A program made the position numbers and the translations under genes. This document shows positions 11,572 through 22,956 of a DNA stretch of 64,000 nucleotides, piece after piece. The notes beneath the pieces are model-generated. The model was not told the origin of the DNA and ran no database searches. It worked only from the letters and a program-made list of their open reading frames with translations. Origin of the DNA: Minutocellus sp. GHC0000111 (lineage: Eukaryota); assembly GCA_977018835.1 (NCBI GenBank), contig OZ361257.1, positions 1,550,001 to 1,614,000 on the forward strand, read 5' to 3'. Within the stretch, counting starts at the first letter, position 1; every line of letters begins with the position of its first letter.

Positions 11572-12136
11572 GTGAATGCAAGGTCGAGCTCTGACAAATA
11601 CGTCAGCAGCAGCAGCAGCAGCAATTCCTCGCCTATACTATTGTTACAAAAGGCCTTTGTCTAGATACCGCCCTACAGTTTGCTCACAAACTGATTTACC
11701 AAATTGAATTGGTAGTTTTGTCGTAAAGAAGAAAATTGATTATTTTGAAAATAGGGAACATGTAGTAGAAGCTCTCACACCTACCTGTACAGCTGTAACG
11801 AGAGCACAGTCGCCCCCCCCCCCCCCCAGTTGCTGCTGCTATTAAGTAAAGAAATGACGAGTGGTGCTCCCGCGTCGGGGTGGTTTTGGTGAGGAAATGT
11901 GCGCGGCACCAGGGGGGACCATCTGGTGCTTGTCGTGCGTACATGTACATGTATTCTGCGAGTTGTTATCGCTCTTGGGTTGGGTTCTTGCGTTTATCAT
12001 GTTGTTGGTGCAGATGTCCCGGGCGGCCTCTAATGTGATGATCGCAGTGATTTATCTTTGTTGTTAGTTAGTTTATACGGAGCGTTGCCCCGGCACTTCG
12101 TGCTATTAGCTTTGGTGTGTTTGTGTGCCATCCTTT

Positions 12137-13027
12137 ATGCGTAGGTCGAGCATCTCCAGTCAGGGCTCATCCTCTTCAACGGGGGCGAGCATTGAGCTTT
12201 CTCGGTTCGTTAACGGGCCATCATTTATTGGGCGTGAGCTGGCTCGGCGCATCGTGTTGATGTCCACTATACTTGGTCCTGGTAGTGACGGCGCTGCTGA
12301 GAATGACGCTTGGTCTGGCGTGGTTATGTCCCTTCTCGGTCATTCTTGTACAGTCCGATTTTTTCGTTGGGTGGAGAGCACTTATGTTCCTCAGTATTTA
12401 TCATCAGCGTATTCCGGTCTCAGGAGCAGTCAATTGGAAGCCGATGGCACGATGAGGAGTATGATGTCCATGTCTTCTTTGTCGGCTGCTTGTAGGGATT
12501 TATTCTACATTCGCCAGCTTCTTTGTGAAATATTTGTTCTTTTCTTTCGCGTCTCCGAGCGTGGCAGGGTCGTCGAGCGGTATGCTGATGACATCCAGTG
12601 GGGCATGGTGTCAGCTCTTGTGTCCTCGTCGAGATATCATCGGTACTTGTTTGATCACCGCCTCATGGAGTACGTTGGTTGTCTTCACTTTCGTAGTGAT
12701 CCATTCGGATCTCGAGTTTTACTGCGAGGAAGCACATTCTTGCATTTTATCTGTCGCCAGAATCATGAGTATCTTCCTCGTGTAATATCAGAATATCACC
12801 GTTTTAATGTTCAATTTGGTGGTGATATTCACGCTCGGCAGAGGCATCACAAGTATGGTTCTCCTGCTCATCATTTTCGTAGATTCCATGATATTCACAC
12901 TCATGGGAATCACAGCGACATGTTTGCATCTGGATCATCGACCTTCGAACTGTTGCGGGAATTATTCAGGGGCGGTGAGGCTTTTAATAGGTCTATATAT
13001 GACGGGGATGATTATGGTCAGGTTTAG
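12137..13027 (+). CDS. Hypothetical cargo protein (~296 aa)
   Basis: Long ORF with T-rich codon usage unlike the host genes. RGSTFLHFIC weakly resembles an ankyrin TPLH motif. No family recognised. Confidence 0.5.
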   Translation: MRRSSISSQGSSSSTGASIELSRFVNGPSFIGRELARRIVLMSTILGPGSDGAAENDAWSGVVMSLLGHSCTVRFFRWVESTYVPQYLSSAYSGLRSSQLEADGTMRSMMSMSSLSAACRDLFYIRQLLCEIFVLFFRVSERGRVVERYADDIQWGMVSALVSSSRYHRYLFDHRLMEYVGCLHFRSDPFGSRVLLRGSTFLHFICRQNHEYLPRVISEYHRFNVQFGGDIHARQRHHKYGSPAHHFRRFHDIHTHGNHSDMFASGSSTFELLRELFRGGEAFNRSIYDGDDYGQV

Positions 13028-13155
13028 CATGCTGCATAAGTGAGTGTGGTCTTCATCTCTCCGTTTTATGTGCACGTGCTATGTTCATCTTAGGGTGGTA
13101 TTTTATTGGGCACGTGCTCATATATAATATATATAATTATTTCTCTAATATGTAA

Positions 13156-16100
13156 TCATATACCTGAAGGACTATCTTCATCACCATTGGATTTTGCCTC
13201 TTCATTGTTCAGATCATTTCCAAGATTTCGATTTTGTACAGGGGAAGCATGATCTCCATTTTGATCTTGGACAGCAATATCACTAGTCCCAGCTGAAGTT
13301 GGTGTTTGGGACGAGTCCTGCGTTTCATACATTCCTAGCTCCGAGAAGGAGTGGGGAGTCACCATTTTGACTCTGGGCGACTTGATCCTTTTTGCTGTGG
13401 CGTTGAGGTCCTCTGCCAACGCTCTTCTCCATTTGTTTAGGTGGGTGAGGATTGTCACCACGTCGTTGGGATTTTCTTGGACTAACTTTTTCAGGTCGCT
13501 CTTACTAAGTTTCCTGAACGGATCATGTCTCAGTTCCTCGGCAGCAGCGGTCATCACCCCGACGGTCACGTCTTTGATCGTATCCTTTTCTTCCATTTTC
13601 CTACGGTTGCTGTGGGGATTTGCATCACCATCACGGAGTGCTTTGGCGTACCTTATAACTTGTTGCATTTTGGGACTATGGCTAGTATCACGGGCCGGTG
13701 GCGACTCTTGAGCGGCATCACCTGCGACTACTTCCTCATTTTGTCGCGGTGATGACTTCATTCTTTTTGCTCGTCTTGACTGGTCTTGGCCCCCGACTTG
13801 TTCCTCGGAATTATCTTGATTCTCATTCGCGTCGTCAGCATTTTGCCTTGCACTGTTATCTGCATTGGTTGGTTTTGTTGTTAATTTTGACGTTGGTGTA
13901 GGCGATCGTCGTCGTTTGGCTGCTGTCGATTGGAAAATAGAAATATTAAATTTGAGTAAGGGATACCAGGAAAGAGCAATTATCGAAGAATACCACGGGG
14001 TATTCAAAAGGAAGAGGCGAGCTTCAATTATTCATATCGTACCTTTTGACCCTGGATCTTTGGCTTTCCATAATCGTTGAGCTAGATTGGGATCATTCTT
14101 GTCCTCCTCAGCGGGCTCGTCAATTAGCAGTCTCACCATGGCTGCGAATCGGAATTCTTTCCTGAGGTACAATATCTCGTCACTTGTTGACTTGAATCCA
14201 ACAATGCAAGTTTTATCGTCGAGGTCGGTGTCCGTTGGAATCTGATCTCGTCTCATCGTTGACGACGAGAAGAGGAACCAATCGTCTTCGTTCTTGAGAT
14301 CCTTGATTCTCTTCTTCATTGCGTCGCTCTGCAGATATCCTGCGTCTAGTGCTTCCCTCAGCACGGAGACGTATGTAGCCATTGCTAATGATAGCACGTC
14401 CGTTGGGGGAGAATTCGATCTGGACGTCCACTCTGTCCTGTTCTTGTAGGCTGTGGCAAGGATCGTATCTGTCATGTGATCTCTTTTCTCGGCCGATGCT
14501 TCGTTGTGACGATCATTCTGATAAGCTCGATATCCCTGCACTAGCATCGATTTCTCTGCCGACCAGTTTGAGACCTCAACCGTCGTGAATCCTTTGGTCG
14601 CCAGGGCAACTTCGGTGAATTCCTTGGTTATTTCTGACAGAGCATTGTAGAAGATGTGATTCCTGATGGCCTCCAATTTATATGTCGGCAGATTATCGAG
14701 GGTGCTGTCGATCACTCCCTTGAGCTTCTTTGTTCCTCTTGCGCCTTTGCTCTGTTTCCCGGCGATAGTTGATGCCACGTTCCGCAGAAACGCCCATATA
14801 AGTTCAAGCTTGTTGTACGAAGCCATCTTTGGATCCTGAGAAAGTGCCATTTGGAAGGTGATGAGGGCGGAGGGGTTGAGGGCCATCATCGATGCAAGAT
14901 CAAGTGTTCCTCTGATTTCTTTGGTCAGCGTGAAGGTGCTCTTTTGCTTCGGGGCCTCGAATTTGTGAACTCCATACGATATTCTGTGACCAATTGCGTT
15001 ATGGAATTTGGCGTCGTCATCACAGTCGGGATCCTTTTGATATCCTCGAGCCAGAAGCTTGATCTGCGCTACCACCATTTCGAGTTTCTTTTCTGGCGTT
15101 ACTTCATCGCCATTTGTCTTTACCTTCGAGATTTCTTCTCTTCCCCAGAGCGAGGTCGCAGTTAGATTCTTTGCGAGGGCGAAAGCCGCTGCCCCCCTAA
15201 CGGACATGAGTGTTCCTTCGAGAGTACCACCACTCTCCATGAGACATGATTCTACGGTGTGATGCTTAATTTCCTTGGCCTGGCTGGCAGCATTGAGATC
15301 TTTGAGCATGTTGCTGAGTTGCGAGAAATTGGTTTGTCCCGATGATTGCTGAGCAGCACGAGCATTAAGGTCACTGACTGCTCTGAGGTGGTCTACATCT
15401 CGTGTGAAATGAAGAACCGTGACATTGACCTTGTCGAGGATCTGTGAATCAGCGTGCAACACGTTGGATCCTTGATTATGGTAGCATTCCATTTGCTTCC
15501 GCAGCGTCGGGTTGGTCACGTCAAAGGAGCGATTGCTATCATCACCATATGGCAAAACGAATGTTTTCATCCACGATGCGAGACCACGGTGCTGGCCATC
15601 AATGTTGCAACAAATTAAATTGTAACTCATTGACGTTGGAAAGGTTGATCCGAGACGACGGCGAGACAAGTAAATCACCATGTCATACCGCGCCCGCAAG
15701 ACATAGTGAGTTCTTTTCATCCCTGTATATCGGTCCAAGTCTCGAAGAAGAGGTTCCCTATGCGCAAAGAGAGGAAATATTCGTGAGTGTTCAAATTCTG
15801 TTTGAATACCTCTTGGTATTTAACCAGAAAATAAAAATCAGCACTTACCCTTCGATCTCACTATTCTTGTCCTTCTCTATGAATGATTCGATGCTCGCAA
15901 TGTCTTTTGCCAAGCCTTCGGCAATTTTTGAGCACTCGTCATGATAATCCTGGTTCCAATTCTCCTCTATTCTTCCCTTTTCAATAGTTTCCTGGATGTA
16001 TTTATCGGCTTCTTCATAGCTTCCTGCTGACAGCATGACATAATACAGTACCTTGGGTCCTGAACACTCGACCACGTGCCGCTTTACTGTTGACTCGCCA

Positions 16101-18987
16101 CTCGCGACGCCGTATTCTGCATCGAACACAAGATCCTCCTCATCATTATCTGCTTCATTGCCAACGGCTCCGATCATCAGCGTTGCAGGTTGGAATGTAA
16201 GCTGCTCCTTCGCCTCATTTCTGCTCCGGAACATGTCCACTGCGATGTCTTCGGCCTTGGCCCGCTGCACTAGTTGCTGATTACAGCCTCTGAGTTTCAA
16301 TCGCTGCGAGGAAGTCTTCGGGAAAGGTAACGACACATAGGCCAACAGGACAATTGGCCAATCCCCTCTCGAAGCAATGCTTGTTTTTAAATCAACTTTC
16401 GTCGTGCTTGCGGTTATGTTTGCGAGATGATCGACATCTTTAAATTCATCTTCATCGTCACTATCATTGTCACTCTTGCCGCTGCCCTCACTACTCTGCT
16501 CGTCTCTATCGCTGCCACTCGAGTCGTCGTTATTGGATGCCTCGCTGTTGGCTTCTTCGGCTTCATCGTCAGCGTTATCGATATTATCAATAGAGTCGTC
16601 GTTAACTGGAGGTGCATTGAAGTCCTCTTCTTCCATCGGTAGGGCTTCCTGATCATTGGTGTTTCCTTCGGTACTAACCTCGGCGTTATCGACGGCACCA
16701 TGAGGCCTGTCAGTTTCCAGAAGTAGCGTTTCTCGGCTGGCCATTTTTCGACTCTCCCGCCTTGGTGTAGCAGCGTCGACGAATAGCCTCGAGCGTTCAG
16801 TCTCGCTCATTTCTTTATCTGAGGCGTCATCGCTGAGTTCGTCAAGATTTAGAAAGGTATCCTTTTCGAGCGTATCAAGATGGGCTTTTGTTTCCTCACC
16901 CACCCTCGCGAAATGGGCTTGTAGATAGTCATTAAGGATGGCCGCCCCATTAGGAGCCACACGGTCAATTTCATCCAATACTTTGGCCACTTTCATCAAC
17001 TCTGTCTTTGCGACAAATCCTTTACTTTCCCAGAGGGGCGTAATATTCTGCCATCTGCCCAATCCAACTTCATACCATATGTCATACTTCAAGAGACATT
17101 TGACAGCAGGTCTCGAGCGCTTGGCAAAGAGTAGTTTCATTACTCCGATAATATAGCTCTGGGTGTTCATGTTCACCTCTTTATTCCTAATCAGTTGGAC
17201 ATTGTCTTTCAAGAACTGGCCCAGGTAATAGGGAGTCATGGCATTATATCCGACCCAACTAACAGTTGATTTTGTGTTCGGACCGATCGTTGGAAGAAAT
17301 TCATGAGATCGAAAGAGGTCGTGGATGGATTGCCGCTCTTCTCCGCTTGTCGCAAATCGTAAGTCAAGATCATTTGAAATAGGGCCCTCTGTCAATTCTC
17401 CAAGAGCAAGAGTCGCCAATAGCCCTTGTACAAGGAAAAGATAGACGAGATATCTCTTTTCCTTATTTTCCGCGAAAACATCAGGACCAACATGATCGTC
17501 CTCACTGAGAAGTGTTGGTACCGTAGCCCTGAGATGGTCAATTGCGTTAGTCAGAAATAAATCTATCAACTGAGGAAGCGAATCTCGATGAATGCAAACA
17601 AAGAATTCCGCTCCGCGTCTTTTGAGTTCTCCGCCAATGAAAGGATGGTAACTGGCAAAAAGTTTATCGATAACGTCATCGTCACCGTCCCTATTGATGT
17701 AGTCTGGCACGATGCCAGAGTCAATTATGTCCATGCATTTCAGGATACGTTCGATGTTATTATTGGAAACGAATGGATAAAATGCAAGCGCGGCAGAGGG
17801 GTCTTCTATCCACAGGTTGTCGAGGTTCTCCACTTTCCCCCCTGGTCGCCGATCACGGACGAGTTCACATTCTAACAGGGTCTTTGTTGGTTCGCTGACG
17901 TCTCGCTTTCTAAGCAACGTCTTCATTATCCCGAAGAGAAAGCTCTGCACGTAATTTGCGTCACGACGATAAGTCTGATATTGAGAGTTTGTGTCACCAT
18001 GATGAGAAGGGAGCACTCCATAGTAAAATCCCCACCATTCATGATTGAGATCCTCGGTGAATTTTCCGAGCGTCAGTTCACCGGCGAAACCCTCGTTATC
18101 CATTATCTTCATCATTATTCTAACGTCTTCGCTGCGCATGATGAGACTACGTCGATACGGATTTAGGTCATCCAAGTTGTCATCTACCTCGCCGTAAGTG
18201 CGATAGGCATGAATGCCCTGCGAGACGAGTGAATACACCAGCATTTTGAAAGCTCCAGTGCTCCCAAATCCTTCAGTGTTCAATCTGATACAAGCGCCCC
18301 TATCGTTTCCATCACCAGCGGCACCAATATCTTCACCATTAATTGCAGGGTCAGTGGCCCCGAAGTACTTCAAAAGAGCACGAAGAAAAAGGACCGAGAG
18401 CTTGACCGTTGAAGCCTCGCCAATGCATACACATATCTTTCCATTATGATTGAGAAACGTTGCTTCGATACCGGCAGCAGTCAACAGTTGCTTAATTCCT
18501 TCATCTGGGAGTTGGATTTGGATTTGCTATGTCACGTAAATAAAACAATGTATAAGTCAAAGGAGAGTTAGATCTCGTTTTGGGTCTTCCGAATGAATAC
18601 TGGGGGGTATTCAAAAGGAAGAACGTCATATAATCATCATGATTACGTCATGGAAATAAATCAGCACGAAAAAAAAAGAAAAATTGTTCTCCTTGAAGGG
18701 AAATATTGCTACCGCTGGATGATTTTGATTGCAACTCAAAATCACACACCAATGGACAATGATTGTCGACGTTCCCTTTCATGTGTCATCAGTGCGGGGA
18801 ATTCCCTTTCGCTCTTGGTCAGTCGAAAATATGTGTGGATCTGATATCAATCGCATGCTCATTCACCGAAATGAATACAGAAATAGTTGATACTTACATC
18901 GTTGCTCCCAGCCTTCGCCGCACGCCGAGAGTTGCCGCTGTCACCAGCATCCTCGCTTCCATCTGGGGGATCGCCAACCGTGGCCAT
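13156..18987 (-). CDS. Large spliced cargo protein (~1772 aa) with a duplicated N-terminal domain, an acidic linker and a DGQHR (ParB/DndB-like) motif
   Basis: Exons 18898-18987, 18750-18840, 15849-18504, 14043-15757 and 13156-13922. All four GT-AG introns were phase-checked by hand and are in frame. NIDGQHRGLA has DGQHR at 15586-15600. The start codon is uncertain. Confidence 0.75.
13979..14014. promoter_or_regulatory. Intronic palindrome, copy 1
   Basis: cgaa GAATAC cacggg GTATTC aaaa GGAAG, inside intron 13923-14042; the left outer arm is degenerate. Confidence 0.8.
15795..15830. promoter_or_regulatory. Intronic palindrome, copy 2
   Basis: ATTCT gttt GAATAC ctcttg GTATTt aacc AGAAA, inside intron 15758-15848. 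Confidence 0.8.
18586..18621. promoter_or_regulatory. Intronic palindrome, copy 3
   Basis: CTTCC gaat GAATAC tggggg GTATTC aaaa GGAAG, inside intron 18505-18749. Confidence 0.85.
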
Positions 18988-19025
18988 GGTCACTTCTTTG
19001 TTACGAGGCGGATGATGAGTGGACG

Positions 19026-19683
19026 TCAATATGAGCGATGTATCGTTCGTTGTACGAAGAAGCACCTTACTTTGCGATCGGTATCAGATTTTTTTTTCCA
19101 AGTTTTGTGTGCGAATGGTCCGGTATTTTCTCGGAATTCGCAGAAATCTTGATTCGTTCGACCGGATGTCAGAATAGAAAAGCCCTTTGGTGTCGCCGTA
19201 TCTTCATGTTCATTCTCGCACGTGTATTCATCTTTCATTATTTGAGAAAAGTGATAAGTGCCAGTCCATCTCAACGATTCGACCAACGCTCTTGGCAAGA
19301 GCGTCCCATCGAAAGAAAACATTGCTCCGAGGTCGCCATATTCCACGGAAGATGAGCGTAAGTGCCCTTCGCGTTTGCGTCACTCAGTCGTGGCGCCGCT
19401 TTTATTCAGTGCGACTTGTACATTTATTGCTCGGGATCGTCGCCGCGTCTCGGTTTCGTTCCAATGAATCGTATGATCATGTCAAGTTGATTACTCTGTT
19501 CATTTGTAATGCTGGAAACGAGTCGCCCATTGCGCTTGAATGGTCACGCAGTGCAGGTGATCGATCTTTACCATCGGGTCCCAAGCTTTCATCACCATCG
19601 TTGTCGGCGATGGGCAGGAGCGGCATGCATGGGCGGCATACCGATGGCGCATCGCATGGCGCGTGGCATGGTGGCGGTTCCAT
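19026..19683 (-). CDS. Possible extra 5' exons of the large cargo gene, or a small separate gene
   Basis: ORFs 19026..19346 and 19477..19683 end near donor-like sites (aaa|gtaagg at ~19070). I could not phase them cleanly to the next exon. Confidence 0.25.
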
Positions 19684-19848
19684 ATTTTTGACGCACGAAG
19701 GAAAGACATTATTTTGGGAGTATTTTCCCCTTGAAATACCTGTTCATTCGGAATGCCCGAAAAGTCCACACATCTGCACGTGCAACTGAGATTTTACACC
19801 TTTCTAGTTCTTATGATGTTAGTTGTTACTATGTTTCTTCCAGCTGCT

Positions 19849-21476
19849 ATGTCAAGCACTGGCTCTCCTAGCAGGAACCTGCGCAGCAGCAAAAGCTCTG
19901 GTGCTGCTGCTGCTGTGGCTGTGTCGCTGCTCTGCTGGTGGTAGCGCGGTGACGACAGCAAGAAGAGCAGCTGTTCTTCAGCAAAAAAGAAGAACAAGAG
20001 TGACAGTGTTTCTGCTCTTGTGGTCTCTAAGAAGAGAGCTGTTGCTGATGATCAGCGTGGTGAGTCAAGCCCTGTTGCCAAGAAGAAAACAGGTGATGAT
20101 TCTGCTCTCTCTACTACCACCTCACCTGTGCCGAGCTTGGTGGACTTATTTAACAAGCAAGAAGAAGCTAGCTGCTGTCATAGCCTTCGAAAATGGCGTT
20201 GACGTCAGCTACTTTGGCAATTGGCATAGTGCTTGTCAGATTAGCACTGGCAGCAGGGTTCCTGTGCAGGAGCTAAAGGATGAAAGCAACCCTGCCCGTG
20301 TGTTCAATGCCATTGACGATGCTGGCAGAGGCAAGCGGTTCATTCACTCTTGATGCTTGCTTGCCATGACTTGGTGCATGGCGTGGCCACTGCCTGGGCT
20401 CTTGAAGCTCGGTCCAAGGGCAGCAAGGACTGGGAGAACATTTCTGTGGTTCTTCACAGCAGTTACCCTGAGGCAATGAGTGCCATTCAGGAGAGTGGAG
20501 CTACTACAGTGTTTGTTCCTTGTGTTTGGCAAAGACGATGCTGTGAGCACGAGTGCCAGTGGTGCTCTTGAAACCCCCAAGCGCACCCCCAAAGCTGAAG
20601 GAGGTGGCGCTAGTGCTGGGAAAGTTGCTGCTGCTCTTGCTCCTCCTGCTGCTGTTGCCAGTCAGAGCACTGTTGCCATCAGTTCACCTTCAAAGTCACC
20701 ATCAAAACAGCTCAACCTGGACAGTCTTGACATCAAGGTGACCAAGGACGTTGGTCCAGAAGTACAAGAGTGCCAAGGAGGCCCGTGGTGGTGGAGCCAG
20801 TGGCTACAAGCTCACAGTGAACCTCTCTGGTGTGGTCACAACCTCAGGCAGAGCCAAAGTTGTGGGTGTCGTCAACCTCGTAGACAGGCGCAATGCCCCT
20901 TACTGGATTCTTAAGCCTGCTGTTCTCATTGACACTCTTCAAGCTTTGACCGAGAACCCCCATCTTGCGTGCCTCTCTGACCTTGCAAAGAGTGCCAAAG
21001 AGGTTCCTTTGCGCGGCATTCCTTGCGGTGCTGATGTTGGGAAGCTGTCCTGCTCCAAGACTGGGTCAGCTTTTCCAATCACAACCACCATGTTTTCCCT
21101 GGACGTGTCAGAGAAGATTCGCCCTCCTGCCGAGGAGGCTGTTTGCCTGGAGCAAATGTTGCACGAAGTTGTGACATCCAAAGTGTTCAAGGAGGCCTAC
21201 ACTGACATGATGGTGAACGGCGGTGGGCGGTGGGCCAAGCTTGGCTCTCAGATTGAGCAGGACAACCACTCCTGTTGGGTCATTTTCAAGGGGTGCAACC
21301 TGGAGGTTGTTGATCCTTCACCCCTGAACACAGTTTTGATGGACAAAGACATCAAGGAAGCCATGTCCTTCTTGACTGACGGCGTTCCCCCTGGACGCTG
21401 GGCTGCCGATGCTTCGTTGCGGAAGATTGCTTACAAGGATGGGAGCATTCCAGCTGGTACGTTTGCGGAGGAGTGA
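19849..21476 (+). pseudogene. Degenerate cargo gene (~540 codons, several frameshifts), function unknown
   Basis: Overlapping ORF pieces (19753, 20020, 19823, 20350, 20480, 20751) read as one Ser/Ala/Lys-rich protein with a globular C-terminus (VNLVDRRNAPYWILKP). The DNA is CpG- and TpA-depleted. Confidence 0.6.
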
Positions 21477-22920
21477 GGAAGTGAAACTTTGTTCTCAGGG
21501 TGGCTGCTTTCTGGTGGATTAAAAAACTTTGCATTGTCTTAGGTAAGGGCTTGATCACACTTCAACCATAAAAAAAACACCAAACACACAAACACAAACC
21601 ACTGTCAAAAAAATGAAAAACGTTAAGCGCAAAAGTCATGAAGGAGGTCAAACACTCAGTCACAAATTCAGTCAGACCCCATTTTGCAATCAAAAAATCA
21701 AAAACTGTAATCAAACTACATAGTGATCAAAAAAGCCTCTCTTGTTTGCACCTTGCTCCTCACTGTGTGCTTCAACTTCTGCTAGTGCACCTCTCACTCA
21801 TTTTTGTGTTCTTCACCTCCAGCTTTGGCACACATGGCATCTCTATCAGTGATGCCAGACAGGAGAAGTCTGTTCTCCCCCCCCCCTTTCAGGCCTCAAA
21901 AAGCAATTGCTGTGTCAACTCCCTGTGCTCGTGCACTCGCCTAGTAGTGTTGACGAGGTGTCAATCAATGGCTTGCAGCTCAACCAGCGTGTTCCAGCAA
22001 CACAGGAGGCTCTTCAAGATGATGAGAAGCTGCATTGTTTCCTTAAATGTTGCCGAGATTGGGAGCACAGTGGAGCTGAGCAACACAGGGAACACTGTTG
22101 CAAAGCCCTCAGTTTTTGTGACAGCCCCATCTTGGTGCTTGGTGCTTGAAGTCAGCCCTCTTGGTGTGCCATCAAAGGGGTTTAGCTACTTTTTCATGGA
22201 CAAGAAGGTAAAGGAGAAGATGAGCTTTGCTCTTTTGCACCAGACGCTAAAGCGTGGGCTGGCAAGGGCTTCCCTCAGGATGAAGCTGATGCCAGCAGCG
22301 CACAGCCCATGCCTGGTGAGGCTGTCTGCCAGCTTGGTTGCCGGCCCCAAAGAAGTTTGGTCAATCAAGGTCCGGTCACCCTTTGGATCGCCATTTGAGG
22401 TCAAGGTGAAAAGGACCTGCAGTGGGCGGAACTTGTGGCTTCAAGTTGTGCTTGCCACTGAGAAGCTAGCAGGACGGGGCACAGTGGACATTGACTCTCT
22501 TTATGATGGGAACCGATACGACTGTCCCCTGCCACTCTGCTGCTTGGGGTTGAGCAATGGATGCACAGTGGACGCAATTGAAAAAAAAGACCAAGAGTGG
22601 GTGATCTTCATTAAGTGCCCTGATGGCTCAGTCATCGCCACGCCGGCTAGCAAGGAGGAAGAAAGTTGCATTGATTTACATCGCGCAGAGTGGCAGCAAT
22701 GCTGGCAACTCAACTGCCGGTGTCGCCATCTGACGTGTACACGACGTTTGGGTCAAAGCTACTAGAGCACACAAAGGCAAAGTTGTGGAAGACAGGAATG
22801 CACAATGGATCAACTGTGATGGCAAACATTCGTCTTCGCGGTGGCGTCTGCGTTCCACACACCGGCAATCTCAAGCGGAGGCAAAATCAGGTAAATACCA
22901 ATCACCCGATTCATGGCTTG

Positions 22921-22956
22921 GTTCCGAAAGAATACCCCCTGGTATTCAAAAAGAAC
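22921..22956. promoter_or_regulatory. Intronic palindrome, copy 4
   Basis: GTTCC gaaa GAATAC cccctg GTATTC aaaa AGAAC, inside RepHel intron 22891-23037. Confidence 0.85.

Noticed and set aside
11604..11622. (CAG)n, (GGA)n and (GAAGAC)n microsatellites
   Set aside because: Ordinary short low-complexity tracts.
19724..19755. Possible seventh palindrome (ttcccctt gaaatacctgttcattc ggaa)
   Set aside because: Arm spacing and the right arm do not fit the consensus.
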